Shown here: in pieces, positions 13,988 through 27,942 of the stretch
How positions within the stretch are numbered: position 1 is the stretch's first letter
How the letters are laid out: each line of letters begins with the position of its first letter
NCBI GenBank assembly: GCA_963924565.1
Contig: OZ004607.1
Location: 4,712,001-4,776,000, forward strand
Length of the DNA: 64,000 bases
Source of the DNA: Ascidiella aspersa
Lineage: Eukaryota
Reading direction: 5' to 3'
Notes under the pieces: model-generated
Seen by the model: the letters and a program-made list of their open reading frames with translations, nothing else
The model's database searches: none
Told to the model about the DNA's origin: nothing
Made by a program: the position numbers and the translations under genes

Positions 13988-16900
13988 GCGCGGTCCCGAA
14001 CTTCGATTATTGCGTCTCTCCTGGGCCCAGCGCGAGACGCAAAGACACACGCGGCGCTGGATGCTCGCACGTAAACCTAACATCTTGCTGCTGCCTTCCG
14101 CCTTTTTGATGTCGGCGAAAGAGCCGATTCGACCACGTTATAAAGCCAACCCAGGGAAAAGATCTCTCCATTTTCAGAAATTGAACACTGGGCTTAATTC
14201 TTAGATCTTCCCTTTTATTTTTTTTGTTTTTTTGCCCTTGGCGTTATTTTCTTTTTTTCGCTCCTTTACTTCTGTTTTTGTTTACTTGTTGCTTTTCTCA
14301 CCCTTTCCCCCCCGTATTATAAGACCCAGCCCCGCATATATTTCGCCTCCTAGTTACTTATTATTGCTTTTATTTATTGTATTGCTTTTTTCGCACCACA
14401 TTCGCCTCGTTCGTTTAACGCCGCTTTTTGACGCAAATAAAAAACTCACAAGTTACACGGGGAGATATTGGCGGGACGTAGTAGTTACGTTTCCGGATGG
14501 GAACTGGTCCGCAGAGCAAATTACACACTAGCAATTGCACCCGATATTATATTAACATGCAGAGGATTTTTACACTCAGGATTTTAGGGATCTTGGGACT
14601 CCATTTTAACCGAAACTTCTGCTTTAAAGTTTACAAAAAGGCGGAAGCAACGCTTAGGTTATATTCGAACCCAACAAAGTGGAATTATATACTTTCACGT
14701 TAATGATAATAATGGTTAAGGAATCGATTAACAGGTATTTTATTGTGTTATTGCAATCATATTGTCAATTTTAGGTTTAAAGTTCAGCTTTCCTATACTA
14801 TATCATTGTGTCCCTTCTGTGAAGTTTAATAGATATACTGTAAGATTGAACACCCATTTAAGAATAACCTTTCTACAACGTTAAATTTTATAAAGTGATT
14901 GTATAATAGCTGCATGTGATTAACTAATGTTGTCACGTATGGATTAATGCGGCTGCAAAATCGTTGGCAGACAAACCGACAGCAATCGTTAAGAAAATAA
15001 CATAGCCGGTGATGCTTGGCGATGAAGCAAAGCTCTGTCCATAAAATGGCGGACGGCATAATGATTGTGACGAGAAACCGTGCTAAGCGCATAAGCTCAC
15101 GGTTGCATAAACAGTATAGATGAGTGCCAAACAGAGCGGCGCGAAAATTTGCGGTCAACTTATTTATTTTATATTTTATTGCTTGACACCGGCTTTATGA
15201 ATATTAAAGCGGCCCATCTCACCACTTTATTAGCGCGGCGGCGGCTTGGTCATTAAGCGCAAAGTCGCAAATGGTCCGGCGCGAGCGAATTTCGCAAACG
15301 CGGCGGAGAAAATGGCTGAGGCATAACATCGCCTGAATGGAAATTCCGTCGCTTTTATCAAGTCAAACTATTCTGAAGACCAAAAGCTATAGTCAACCTA
15401 CGAAATCTTAATTTCAACAGCAAAATAAACCCCAAAAAATTACCACCCCTATAAACTTGCCTATATTTTATATATTTAAAAAAAAAATTACAAAAACTCT
15501 TATGTTTCAATATTAATATTCGCCATATAAAGCAAGATAAAAACCGTTTCGCACAGTTTTACCTACAAACTGGGGTAGGCCTTGATCACACCTTTCTAAG
15601 GATGCCACTGGTATGAAACATAAGGGTTTAAATTGACGATAATCGATATTAATATTCATAACCGATTGCGATGATTTTAAAACGCCTGTAGCATGCCTAA
15701 TGCTTAGGTCGAGATAGAGCTGAACGAAATTTCTTCCAAAGCGGCGCATTTTGGCAAGTGAGCAAGCTTACTTTGTTTCTTACGCTAGATATTTTCAGTT
15801 CTATCAGTCAACAGCTGACCTACCACTGAATAGAGTGTTGGGCAAGTACCAACTGCGTCCAGCAAAATAACAGCAACGGATTTCGTTACAACTGGCAAAC
15901 ATAGAGAAGCAGCCAAATTTGTATTACCACGTTGCAAGACCTCAACAAACGTGAGCAAATTTCCACCCTAAATAAACACTTTTAAAGGTTGTGCTATGTG
16001 GTTAATTCTGTCCGAAATAATTGAATGTGATTCTGAAACTATTTTTATTTTCAATTTAACAACAATATCGACATTCTTCTAAAATATTGTGGTTTTAGGT
16101 GGGCAAAAAATAATTTAATCTTTCGAATATTCATACTGAATCAATAATATGTGTGTGCATTAACCATTTTTCTAACTCACAAATACCTTACGTTATTTAT
16201 GTAGCTATTTCTATGAGCTATTTTTTTAGTTTGGCTTCAAGGGAAAGGGAAAACGACAAACTATATCAAACCAATAACTTGATTAAAGTTTATAAAGGCC
16301 AGCATAAGGAAAGTGTAGAATACAGATATTTTAGTCTTAGTGCACACAACGATTTAAAAATAATGTTAGCGAAATTCCACAATTTTATACGAAATAAAGT
16401 TTATATGGAATACGAACCCTGAGACAACTCTTAACATGAATTTGGACTTAATTAGTTTTTTGAAAAGCTTTAATTGATTTTTTTGAACTATTAAATACAT
16501 TTCTCATTTAAATGCATTTTTAAGTATTGTGGCAAAAGTATGGCACATATGCAGGTAGCATTTCGAAAAGATGTCGTACAAAGAAGACTTGCATCATAAT
16601 TACAACAACCTGGTAATTATTTTTAAATTACTCTCCGCAACTCCATACTGCCTCCAGTGACAAACTAGTTGGGCAACAGGAGCCCTCAATTTCATTTGAA
16701 AATAAAAATAACTAAAATTTGTCGTAATAATAAATTTTATCCTAATTAAACTTGTTTTTATATGCCAAATAGAGCGCGAAGCTAGGATAGTACTACTACA
16801 GTAATATTTCCATTTTATAAAAATTTTGCAGGACTGTCGCTTTTGTCATATAAATTTCTCAACGTGAAAATCATTTGATTGTTTTCCAAATAACAAAGTA

Positions 16901-17850
16901 ACACAATACCTAATATATCAGCATTGAATTATAGGTAGAAATACATAAGACAAATTTATGCAAACCACTTATGGTATGACAAGTATAAATGCCAATTGAT
17001 ATTTAGAGAAAATTTTTCAATGCGCTATAGCACTTTAAAATATGCTATATCGTTTCGGTTAGTGGTTCCTTTGAACAACTCATCGCATCTAAACAACAAA
17101 CTAACATAAGACCTTCGTCCTACAGAAATTCTGTGTAAGCTGGTATCTGTAAGTTTGTAAAAAGTTTCGGCAATTCGCTCGCTTGCAAGAGTCGCATTTC
17201 GATCACTGTGCAGTGCTTTTCGCCACAAAACTTTAACGCCATTAAAACGCTAAGTACTTTGAAAACAACACCGTGGCCAATCCGTTTAACGTCAAGTTGG
17301 GCTCGCGCAAACTAGAGAGCTCGCAAAACGCAACCTAACACGGCACTGGCCGGGCAGAGTTTATTAAATATAAATCTCATATGCAAAATACCAGAAAGCG
17401 TACAAAAGGTTCATTGTGCCAATACGTCAAATAGAGTAGCGTGACGATATTTTCGCGTAAAGAGCGTAATTTGTTATCTTCGCAGATAGCGCCCGCGGTT
17501 TTACGCCGATCACGAAATATGACAGCTTTCCTACAGGGTCTGTGATTTTATCGCGCTTTTTCACAGTTTTAGGCCAATATTGCAGCAGTCAATCAAAAGG
17601 CGTGTAGTAACTCTGGCAGCAGGGCGATCGGTAAAAAACAACGTAAGGGGCTCAATACCTCCCCTCCTATCATCGCCATACGTTCGGTGGATTGCTTAAA
17701 TTATAGCAAAATACGTATTCTGTGGTGCAATTTAATGCAAAATACGTTGTAAACTGGAATCACAACTTTTCCAATGAAGCCCATACAGAATAGGTACGAT
17801 TTTGGACGTTTCGAATAACTCTTTACATAAATTTTGAACATCCAATAAAC

Positions 17851-18038
17851 TTTGGAGCATAATTGTCGAAGGTTGTAGTCAGACGTAATAAGAATACCAA
17901 AGCCCATACAGAAGTAGGTTGCATCTTTAACGTTTCGAACAACTCTTTATTCGTTCAGAATGCTACTTATCCTTCTGTATGCTGGGCTTTGATATTATTA
18001 CCACATCTTATTACAACCTCCAACCGTTATGCTCCAAA
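17851..18038. repeat. Palindromic fold-back repeat family A
   Basis: Arms tttggagcataa...gtaataagaat.caaagcccatacagaagtagg and its reverse complement. Other copies at 17777-17841, 28052-28238, 29437-29609, 31037-31145 and 43773-43882. Confidence 0.85.
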
Positions 18039-20802
18039 ATATTTTATTTGTATTGTGGAAAACGCGTTTCCAGATATCATCGGCCATCAATCAACGAACA
18101 CCGGGCTAAAATCAAAACAAACAGAGCGGAGAAGCGCAGAAGAAGCGACGACATCTCACAAAACGAGGACACTCGCCGGCCGAAATTGCTCCAGATCGAA
18201 AAAAAATCGCAAGCATTTTGATCCGATAACCTTCCGATAACAAGATTTCGCGTCGCGTCGCCACGAACGCTTGTCCTTGCTGGGGAAATCAAAGTGGGCC
18301 AAGTTTCGTGACAGGCGGTTCGTGACGTCATGAGTAATGGCGGGCGCGATGGCAAGTCGTGATAGCGGATATCGAGGGATTAATCTGGGCGACGCAAAGG
18401 CGCTGCAAGCCATGTTAAAGCAGCCAGGATTCGGCTCTGCTTTGCGCAGACGCGGGCGAATTTTGCAGCAGCAGTGCTGGAACAAGCATCCAACCATCGC
18501 GCGGTTACAGACACCTGTTTGAAGCATCCGGCCGTCTGTGCGAAGTGATTGATAAGCGACGGTTGTTAACGAGCGACACGTTGTTTTTTTGACTTGCTGA
18601 GCTTCGAACTCCGTGTCTGGAAATGCGAAGCGTTTTCCGAACGTATTTTTCACTAAATAATTGAGCTTTTTAAGAAGCAAACGACAAAGCATGGCATTCA
18701 GAACTTTTGGGAAGTTGCTTTTTAACTTCACTTGCGGCTACCATCGCGCACTGCATGTATGTAAAAAAATAAACACGCAGGAATATAGGAAGCGTTTAGC
18801 GTTTGCTTTTACCGAATTAACTTTTGCCCCATATTTTGGATATGTCTTTATTAGCCAGGTTCAACTAATGACCTTAAAATCAGAAAAACGTGCAAAATGA
18901 TTGCTCAGGCAAATAATTGGCATTGAGTGAAGGGACTTGCAATTAGAACTGGTTTCACGCAGTTTACGACTTCACGGGAGTAGCGTTGCGCCAAAGATAA
19001 TGGATCCTCTACCTAAAGGCCTGTCGGATACCTGAACGCTATATAAGGCGCCTAATATTTGCATTAAATGCAGTCAGGATAGTGTAAATAACACATACAA
19101 AACGAATAAAATATCTATGCAACAGTAGTACATATAGTGAAACATTTGCGCCTCGAAATTACACCGGGGCATCACGTTGTATACCATGGTGGTCGCAACA
19201 GACGAAGGGAGGCAACCGGTGGGTGTGAAGGCAAAGCCGCGTGTTGCCAGTCACAATAAAACCTTGACGGCGTCTCGAGCGCGTCTGTTTGGGTGTTTGA
19301 CGCGAAAGAGTCGCCCGCAAGCGCGAAAACCCGGGCGTATAAGGCGCGATGGCGACGCGGCCAGATTTGCCCGGGCGATTAGATTTCCGGCCGGGCGCTT
19401 ATAAAGTCGCGGCGCCGACGCAATCGCGTTGATATATTTACGGTTACTTAACACCGCGATTGGCATCGGCCCGTATCTCGTCCGTCTATCTGTTGCGTCT
19501 ATGTGAGATGCGGGAAGGCAACTGGGGGAGGGGCACGGGATTCGGCCTGTGTATAAGAGGCGCCTGCAATCCCGCTAAAACAACACGAAGGGAATTTGCA
19601 TTTTATTCGTGGCTTTACGCCGACTGGCTTGCACTACTTTGGAAATAACGAAATCCATGAATTGAAAACATGGCGCAGTGGTGTGGCTAAAAAACGTTTC
19701 TCTGTAAAACTGAAAAATGCTGATCGACGTAGAGCGAATATTGGGTTCACTTCACGGCATGACAGATACTGTCTATATTTGCTTATTCCTGATGATTCAA
19801 CATCACAAACCAGAGCTAAACCTCGACGTAGAGCGATTTTTTTGTAAATTACGATTGTTAACATTAGGGATTCTTTTAGTGTGCTTAAAGGTAATAGCAT
19901 GGTCCGCAACATGTCACCTCCAGGAGCCCCAAAATAACTTGATACGTTGCACCGTACAACACCGAGGCGATTATCGATCTAAAAGATTAACGCGTTATAC
20001 GATGGAAACTGTAATAAAAACAGGATAAACGTCGAAGGAGCGAGCGATCAAGTTTACGGGAAACAAAACGCCGCCGACACGAAACGAATTTGTGGAGGAT
20101 CGTGTACATAGAGCTCCTTCCCGCCCAAAGGAGACAGAAGCACAACCGCGCGATCAATTAGAGGTCAAGTTGCCTCGCGAGCTGACAAAGTCCGATAAAA
20201 ATAGCCTCCAAGTGACCGTAATAGCCGCGTCGGGTGTAAACAGCGATACAAACATTTTTTATCGGGCGGGAAAAGCGAGCTCGGGTCTTTGCGAGATTAT
20301 CATCGACAAATCCGACGAGGAATGGCACAGAGGCGCCTCGGTAGCGCTAATGCCCCGACGCGAGAGGTGACACCAACCAGTTGGGATCAAGCTATTGCGT
20401 TGCGCCTTTTGATCGGCTTAAGTTCGCTCGGCCCGATCGTAGACCGAGGCCTGATCGCGGCCAGCAGATATTTCCCGTAAGTCGAAATATGACATTTTGT
20501 TAGCAAGTCGTGAAATCGAGGAGGTTTAAGCTTGGATTTGCCAAGGCTCTTTCGACGCAATGCGATCCGGACAGGGGCGGCCAACAGTGACATGACGTAA
20601 TCATCTTTTATTAAATTAAAAAAAATGACGTGTTTGTTATTAAGCAACATACGGCGAGAATACTAAGTAATGATGTACACTTTTTCATTTTTTCCTCCTT
20701 TTGTGTTTTCCGCCTACTATCGCAAATAAAAAATACCTGGATTCAAAAAAGCAAAATAATGCACAAGGATCAATGGGGTTTTATCTGGTAAAGCTCCTAA
20801 TA

Positions 20803-21312
20803 CAGTGGTTCTCAAAGTATGGGTCGCGACCCAAACATGGGTCGCGCAGGGTCAAAAAATGGGTCGTTCCATGGTGATTCAATCCTGCGCAAACGAACTT
20901 TTTTCATTTTTCACCTATTTTCAATTCAATCATAACTGAGTTATTGCACGATAAGCTTTTTACGTTGCTTCAAATATGTAACCTGGATTATTGCTTAAGT
21001 TGTTTGATGAAAATTTTGTTGGCAGCCAGCTACAGTAGCTGCTAAGAAAGCTTTTAGTCACCACAACAAGCCACGCTGATATTATAAAGGAAAAAATTCA
21101 GTTTCACCAATCACACTAAAATAAATCAATCATTTGTTTGTAATCAATCATTGTTTCATAGAACTGTGTAGGCTTCTATATCTGGTTGTCGTGTCTTTTT
21201 TTATTTCATGCATATCAGAAAAAGAAAATTTTTTGATGTTTGAGGCGTGGGTCGTGAGATGCTCATAAAACTCAGATTCGGGTCGCGCTCAAAAAAGTTT
21301 GGAGAACCACTG
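20803..21312. mobile_element. hAT-type MITE, TSD TCCTAATA
   Basis: TIRs CAGTGGTTCTC...GAGAACCACTG, perfect 8-bp TSD, subterminal GGGTCGCG repeats. Confidence 0.92.
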
Positions 21313-24300
21313 TCCTAATAGATATATACATTTAAAACATGTATCCGCCCCGTGAACCTAATTCGATTAATATTAAGCGTGTATTGAAAACTTATGTGAA
21401 TATTCTCAGACGTTATTACACTTGGAACCTTGTTTTAGACTAACGGTCAAAAGTTGTTTTCATGGCAATACTCAACATGAATAAATTGTATGCATTAAAA
21501 AAACATAAAATGCGTACGAATAATTCCTAAAAGTAATGCTGTGCTTGCTATTAATATTCCAATACTAAAAGCTTGTTTTGTCATATTATGAAGCAATTGT
21601 TTGCTGGTTTTTCTTTCTGGGGTAAAGATGAAGAAATTTAAAGACCAACTGAATTTCGCTACAAACTTTTAAAGATCACATTTTAGTTGGGGGTGCAAAT
21701 TTCCCGCATATATGTGTATTGATGGAAGGTATGAGCAAAGCCATTCAAATTCTAAACAGTGTACCGGTAGGTCTTTCTCGCAAGAGAGAAAAAATGACTA
21801 AACTGCACAGTTCGTTATTTTTACGTTTTATTTACTACCACTGTATATTTTGTTATCAAAATACCAGAATTACTAATAATTATATAGTAATATACAGTAG
21901 CGACAGAAAATCTTGCAGATTTTAAGGGTAATTGAGTTTTGAAATAGCGGTTAAATAGCGAAAATGTTTGCTAACCACAGTCCTAAACTAAATCGACAAG
22001 ATTTAAAAAATAAAATAAAATGGCCGCTTCTGTACCCAAGACCAAGACCCCGGGTTCGAATCGAAATCGCGTACCATGCGCATGATTAAGAGGAGGAAGA
22101 TAAAAACGGGAGGAGAGGGAAAATGGTAAACTGCTATCCACTGATATTTTGCTCCAGTAGCATCAGAGGACGTGCTTTGGCTCGCGGCCTAAACGCGAGC
22201 GTTCGATTTCGCGCTGAATGTTTGTTGCGGCAACTGCTGATCGCGGATGAATTTCAGGTATCCGCGGAGGTACGCGCGACCCTGCCATTGTGGCGTCGCG
22301 CCACGACACAATGGGATTACGGGATCAGACGAGGAAGCAACAGCAACCGAATGTGTCAAGAACATATTAAAACTTCTATTTAAAAGAGCTGAACTTTTAT
22401 CAAAAAATGTATAGTTGAATTTATCTCAAAATTTAAATTCGTAAAACTTTAGTATTTGAAACCTATATTTTCTACTTCTTCATGGACATTAAATTTTTCT
22501 AAAATTTTAATAGCCAATTTTTTTTTTTAATTTACAAAACAATTTTCTTACATTTCAATATAAAATATTTGTGAAGCTTCTGCTAAGTGCTACGACGGCA
22601 AATACTCCACTCCATCCAACGCAAGGCGGAACTGTAAAATAAATATTTCTAAATCAGGTTCGTAACCTTTTTTTGGCTAACGGCACCCTGCAAACGTTTG
22701 GGCATTACCTTATGCCATCAGTATAAACATACGAGTAAAGATAAAAACAGTAACACATACAGAAAAAAAGGAGAAAAATAACAGTAAAAAAGGAGATGAT
22801 TTGCCATTATTTATTTAAAAATGTTATGTCATGGAATTTGAAACTGTGTCTCTGCCTGTCAATCAAAAATACTATGGTGCGTTAGATCCAGGATATTTCA
22901 AATAAACTGAAGTTACCACTCGAAATTTACATTCTTTTCAACAACGACGAATCCTGTAGGCCTACAAAGTTTCCTTTTATTGCCTACCTGCCTCTCAGTC
23001 CATTTACACTTCGTTTGTAAATAATTTACCTTTCAGCGCTTCTTCTATTCCCTTTAGTCATTACAACGATATCCCACCAAAACAGTAGGCTAATCATTTT
23101 TTTGAAATCACAGGCTTTAAAACATTTGCCGCAGCCCATGTCAAATACAACATACTATAATCACATATCTGAATAGTAAAATTAGTAAATAATTAAAATG
23201 CTTGCTCGCAACATTTCAAAGGCCTACCTGATTGTTGTCGTTGCCTAAAATACTCAATAGACAACCTCAACTACAAAGAAAAAATTATCACAAAACCACT
23301 TAGAAAAGCCAATGTATTTAAAAGTTGACTTTTTCGGAGCCCTGATTTACCTAAATTACAGGCGTGAAGCTCGGCAAAATAACACCTCACCACGACACAA
23401 TAGACTATTTACACTTTGCCTGTGCTAAGGCTGAACTTGTATATTGTTACGTCTTTAACGCCCGTACATACATTTATTTTGCCTTATCTCACAAAAGTCT
23501 TTGTGACGCGCGCGTACGTCACTATGCAACCGCGACTTTCGCGTTGTAAGCCCAAGATAACGAGGCAAGATCAAGGCAAAAATCTCCGGGAACTTTGAAA
23601 CTGAATCTGCTCGATCAGCCTGTGAAAATCCGCAAAATAAACGCCGGAAGTAAGGCGTTACTTGCAGGACTATCAAGATATAAATTGTGACGTGACGTTG
23701 TCAGAGGACTAATAGTCGATAGCGTCAATTATGTGTCACGTCTTTAAAAAGAGCGTATACCGGTATTTAAACAATATCCATATGTAAATGCAACGTAAAA
23801 CAGTCTATAAACTTGGATAAACCTATAAGTGAAGTCACATTCTTGTTGTTTTTTTTGGATGGAATTTAAACTATGATTTAAGTTATCGCTCACGACGTTT
23901 AATAAGTGGAAATATAAATTTAGTTACAGCACAAAAAATACATTTCAGTCAATCGTAATCAAACAAACCTGGCCACACCTGTTATATAGGCATTAGTGTT
24001 TAGTAAATTTGGGTTCAACGTAGGGTGAATGAAAAACAGGGGTGAAAGATTTATATTCTTGGTTCAATTTTCACTGATTCTAAATTTTCTGTTAAACGTT
24101 TTTGTGTTTAGATTATGGATCAGATGATTACGTTTATAGCTTTGGTATAGATTTTCTCTAATCTTCTTAACGGTATAGATATGCAAGAGGTGTTTCAATC
24201 GCAACACCTACCTAAAGCAGATATTATACCATGCACAAACATCGTTAAGTGTGGTGGAGATACTACGGTCGCATCGTTTGGGCATTTGGATAAATGGAAT

Positions 24301-25120
24301 GCAGCATTTGGTAGTATAGGGCCGAAACAAAACTGAAAAAAGATTAAATATCACTCTTATATGGTTGTACAGTGCACACAGTCATTTTACTACTTGGTTT
24401 CTCCTTTGTGTTTTTCCGGATGGTGGGTGCAGGTGGATATTACAACAATTCCCATACAAATAAGTTGGATTAGGTTACATTCGTTACAAGTTCCTAACTG
24501 GTGGATGTACCAACGAATGTCTTGGAAACAATATAACACAAGAATGGCTAACATGCCATGAAAAACTTCGAAAAATGGCAGTGTATATGCGTAGAGTTGA
24601 CAGAGGCCCTGTAAATATTTTGGGCGTTGCGGTTTGCATTACAAAGAAACTTCTAGCTTGAATGCTTTACTCTGAATAAACTGTGTATATTGAAGTTTTA
24701 CTAAAGGTGGCGTTTGCTGATTGAAAAAAAAACAAATCCTAAATTAGCCGATATTCTCAAATAGACAAATTTATTTTCCAGTGTTGCTAAATATATTTGA
24801 ATAATATCTCCAAGCTCCACAGTTGATCTGTAAAAATACGCGAAGAAGCGACACACGGGAAATACCTTCTCGCAAAAAAAAATCAAAAGAAGCAGGTCCA
24901 AAATAAACGTAGGACAGAAACCGAAAAACAAAGCCAGCAGACTGAGGAGAGGATTTTCGTCGACTTTCTACCGGCTTATATCACCACCACTTTAAAACGG
25001 GCCAGGTACTCATTTCAAAACAGGCGTTGGTGTCGTTTTGCACCTATTGGTCGACGGGGATGCAAAATGGCGTAAAAATGGGAACAGAAAGCGAAATAAA
25101 ACAACCGCCGTATATTTTCT

Positions 25121-25320
25121 AAGCAGCCATGTAAACTAGCTGTTGTCTTAATGTTTAAACGTCATGTTGGAATTCGATTGGGTAATTCAAAGGATCTATT
25201 TACACTAGCGGTTGTTTAAATTTTTAGTGTCATGTTAGAATTCGATTGGGTAATTCAAAGCAGCCATGTAAACTAGCTGGTGTATAAATTTTTAGTGTCA
25301 TGTTGGAATTTGAATAGGTA
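25121..25320. repeat. Minisatellite, about 3 x 68 nt
   Basis: gcagccatgtaaactagc...gtcatgtt.gaattcgattgggtaattcaaag repeated. Confidence 0.8.
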
Positions 25321-27042
25321 AGTAAGCTGCAGGAAGCGTTAGGCAGCACAAACAGCGCACACGAGTACATTTTTTGTTGCAATTTAGTTGATATAAATTA
25401 GCAAACTTAGGAGGCCGCAACATCGATAGATTGGTCCCCTAACCACGCTATTTTACCACGAAAACCTAAAAAACTGTTAACGCGGTAAAACCAACGTAAA
25501 AACGTCGTTAGGAATAGGAAAAATCACAGAACGGAGTTAAAACATTTTAGAAGACACGCAAAAAAGTTTTTAGCGTTTGTGAAAACAAACAAACATGCTG
25601 GCCAAACATACAATAAGAAATAACCCCGTTTAGTCTTCCTGATTGCGTGTTTTTGTCGAACAGGAATAGGGTAATGGATTTAGACAAGACAAGTTCGGTG
25701 TAGGTGCTGGTTGTAACCACTAAAATAGGTTTACGGGTACAAAACAACAACAACAACAACAACACAGCAAGTACTACAACCAAAACAAAAAAAAATGTGT
25801 CTCAAAAGGGATATTACAGCAAAAAACACGATTGGAAAATTTCATTGACGGATACGCTGAAACAGTTGTAAAAAATAAAAGTTTAAATAAGGCGATTGAA
25901 AAAATAGTTTAGTAGCATCGATTTTTTTTAAAACGTTTACGTATAGAGCTAGGTTACATCTGATTATATGCGTCCGTGAAAACACGTTTGGTGGAATTAA
26001 ACGTAAATGTTGGAACCGGGCACCTAAGAAATTGGTTAATTTTACAAAATTACGCAACCGACGAAATTTAATAAATTAGTTTGTTTAGTTGGTAGTGCAC
26101 GCAGAGAATTTTACTACAGTTTTATTGTTAATTTATCATAAGGAATATATGTCGAAAATATTTTAGGGGTCCGCATTCCAGCCTTACGAGAAATAACACA
26201 GCGACAAAAGTGTGCACCAACATTTTGAAAATTTACAATATTTACACGGATGCTCTTTACACCGGATAATTACAATTTTTCAAGTTAAGACAGATTTATT
26301 TTTATTTTAAAGTTTTCAAAATTGCTTGGTGGAAAGCGCGATTGGCTGTCGGCGAAAATCGTCAAGGAAAGACTAATCAATCCTCAGCTTAATTTAGATA
26401 AAAAACGAGACGCGTTCTCTAACAAGTAGAACAAGCAATGGCAAGGATACGACATCCTTATTCAGCAAACACTCGAAAAGCGAAACACCACAGCACTCCG
26501 AGTTCTTGTTTCAGCTTTTTCAGCCACCCAAACCAAACAAAAGTGGACGCAAGTGTATTCCTGTGCAGTTTCACCCGAAATCCCGTATCTTTGTTTGAGA
26601 TAAAATTGCTGGTGTACAGTGGCGTTTCTGATTTTTCTCGACTGATTCATTTTAATAGCAGAAATAATATTAAAGCGTTTTCGCGCAATTTGCGATGTTT
26701 TAGACAAGGATACCGGTCTTTTCGCCCGCTGTCAACTTAAAAAAAGAAAACGTTTTTGTACAATCACCGAAACACCATGCGCAGCATACACAGGTAAAAT
26801 TTTGCCAGCGATTTAAAAGCGCTATATATATATGGCCTCATCATTTTGAGATATTTTCTAGTTAAAATTTCGCAAGCTTGTCTGGAATATGAAGGTGAAA
26901 GAAAGGTCGAAATTTATTGCACAGTTAAACGCGACGCCGTGAAAAAAGAAAATTTGATTCTAGCCAACAGGAAATAAACGGAATGTAAGTTTGGTACGTC
27001 GAAGTTGCTGCAGGGAGAAGTGGTTTACCGTATCGCGTCGGG

Positions 27043-27107
27043 TCAGTGATTTTCCGTGAATTGGAATTGCTCAGGAACCAGCTTCAAGGATTCAAAGTCG
27101 TTGCCCT
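27043..27107 (-). CDS. BCAS3: Probable BCAS3 terminal coding exon (EGNDFESLKLVPEQFQFTENH*)
   Basis: Strong acceptor ttcatttttcag. Phase 1 fits the 27724 donor, with TGA at 27045-27043. Minus-strand AATAAA signals near 26300 and 26125 could close a 3' UTR. No recognisable homology to the human C-terminus. Confidence 0.55.
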
Positions 27108-27329
27108 CTGAAAAATGAACGGTGATAAAATCATTGCTATTTACAACTTTCGGAGACCAGCGAGTCACGCGCCAAGTGAAACTCCGTCTTCGGACTAATT
27201 TAAAATAAGAACTTGAAAATTAAAACGACAAAGTAACACAAAAAATAATATTTGTGACTCGTATGATAGACAAGAATATTTATAACATCTTTATTAATAA
27301 AATAGAGCAAATTCGAAGCGAGTTTAAGA

Positions 27330-27712
27330 TCATTTGTATTGTCACTTAAAACTGAATACAAAGGTCATAAGACTAATTTGCCACAAATACTAGGTTTTGA
27401 CTTGTCTGAAGTCTTTTAGACAAATGACTTGGGTGAAATGTTTTTCTTTACGAATTTTTAATTATAAAATTTGGTTATGTATTCTACGTTTTGCACATAA
27501 AACAATTTGCTTGCCATATGTTGCGTTTTACCAATTTTAATGGTTTAACGTTAATTTTTTGTGACAAGGACTTGATTTGGTATTAACTTGGTCTAATTAT
27601 GACTTGGCTTGGACTTAAGTTGCTAAAAATGACTTGACTTGGACTTAAGTTCTTCCAAAAATGACTTGATTTGGACTTAAGTCGATTTCAAAATGACTTG
27701 TTTACAACACTG
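27330..27712. mobile_element. GACTT-array element in the last BCAS3 intron
   Basis: Ends in gacttgtttacaacactg like the 50964 copy. Left boundary approximate. Confidence 0.72.
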
Positions 27713-27723
27713 CAAACACCCAC

Positions 27724-27942
27724 CTGACATAGTCCTTACGCGCGTCATACTAGAAGGGGCGTCAAACTCTGGGGCGGCCCCAGGGTGGGCGATCTTGGTT
27801 TTAGGGACTCCCCGGTTAAACTCGACCATAGCGTCGGCGATCCGCTCCTTTAGTTTGTCCTCCACTTGCCTCCCGCCCCTTCGCTCCTCCAGTGAGCCGT
27901 AGGTATTTACCTCGAGCATGTTGGAGACGCGATCGAAGTTGC
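27724..27942 (-). CDS. BCAS3: BCAS3 penultimate exon
   Basis: ctccgcgcag|GC, phase 1. Reads GNFDRVSNMLEVNTYGSLEE...VEDKLKERIADAMVE (human GTFDRSVTLLEVCGSW...EEGLRERLADAMAE). Donor TCAG|GTGGGT (phase 1) preferred; an alternative GTAAG donor would end the exon at 27740. Confidence 0.85.

Larger units (their letters stand above)
90..25120. promoter_or_regulatory. Gene-free region with about 20 CpG-rich enhancer-like islands
   Basis: No credible coding exons. GC-rich 300-800 nt blocks alternate with AT-rich repeat-filled spacers. Recurrent GGCGCC, GTGGGAA/TTCCCAC, TGACGTCA, TTCAAAG and T-box-like AGGTGNNA motifs. Confidence 0.55.

Noticed and set aside
18156-18731. 191-aa minus-strand ORF
   Set aside because: No recognisable domain or splice context; a chance ORF over a GC-rich island.
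25121-25320. CRISPR-like array
   Set aside because: Eukaryotic context, no unique spacers and no cas genes; it is a plain minisatellite. The GACTT arrays are transposon subterminal repeats.
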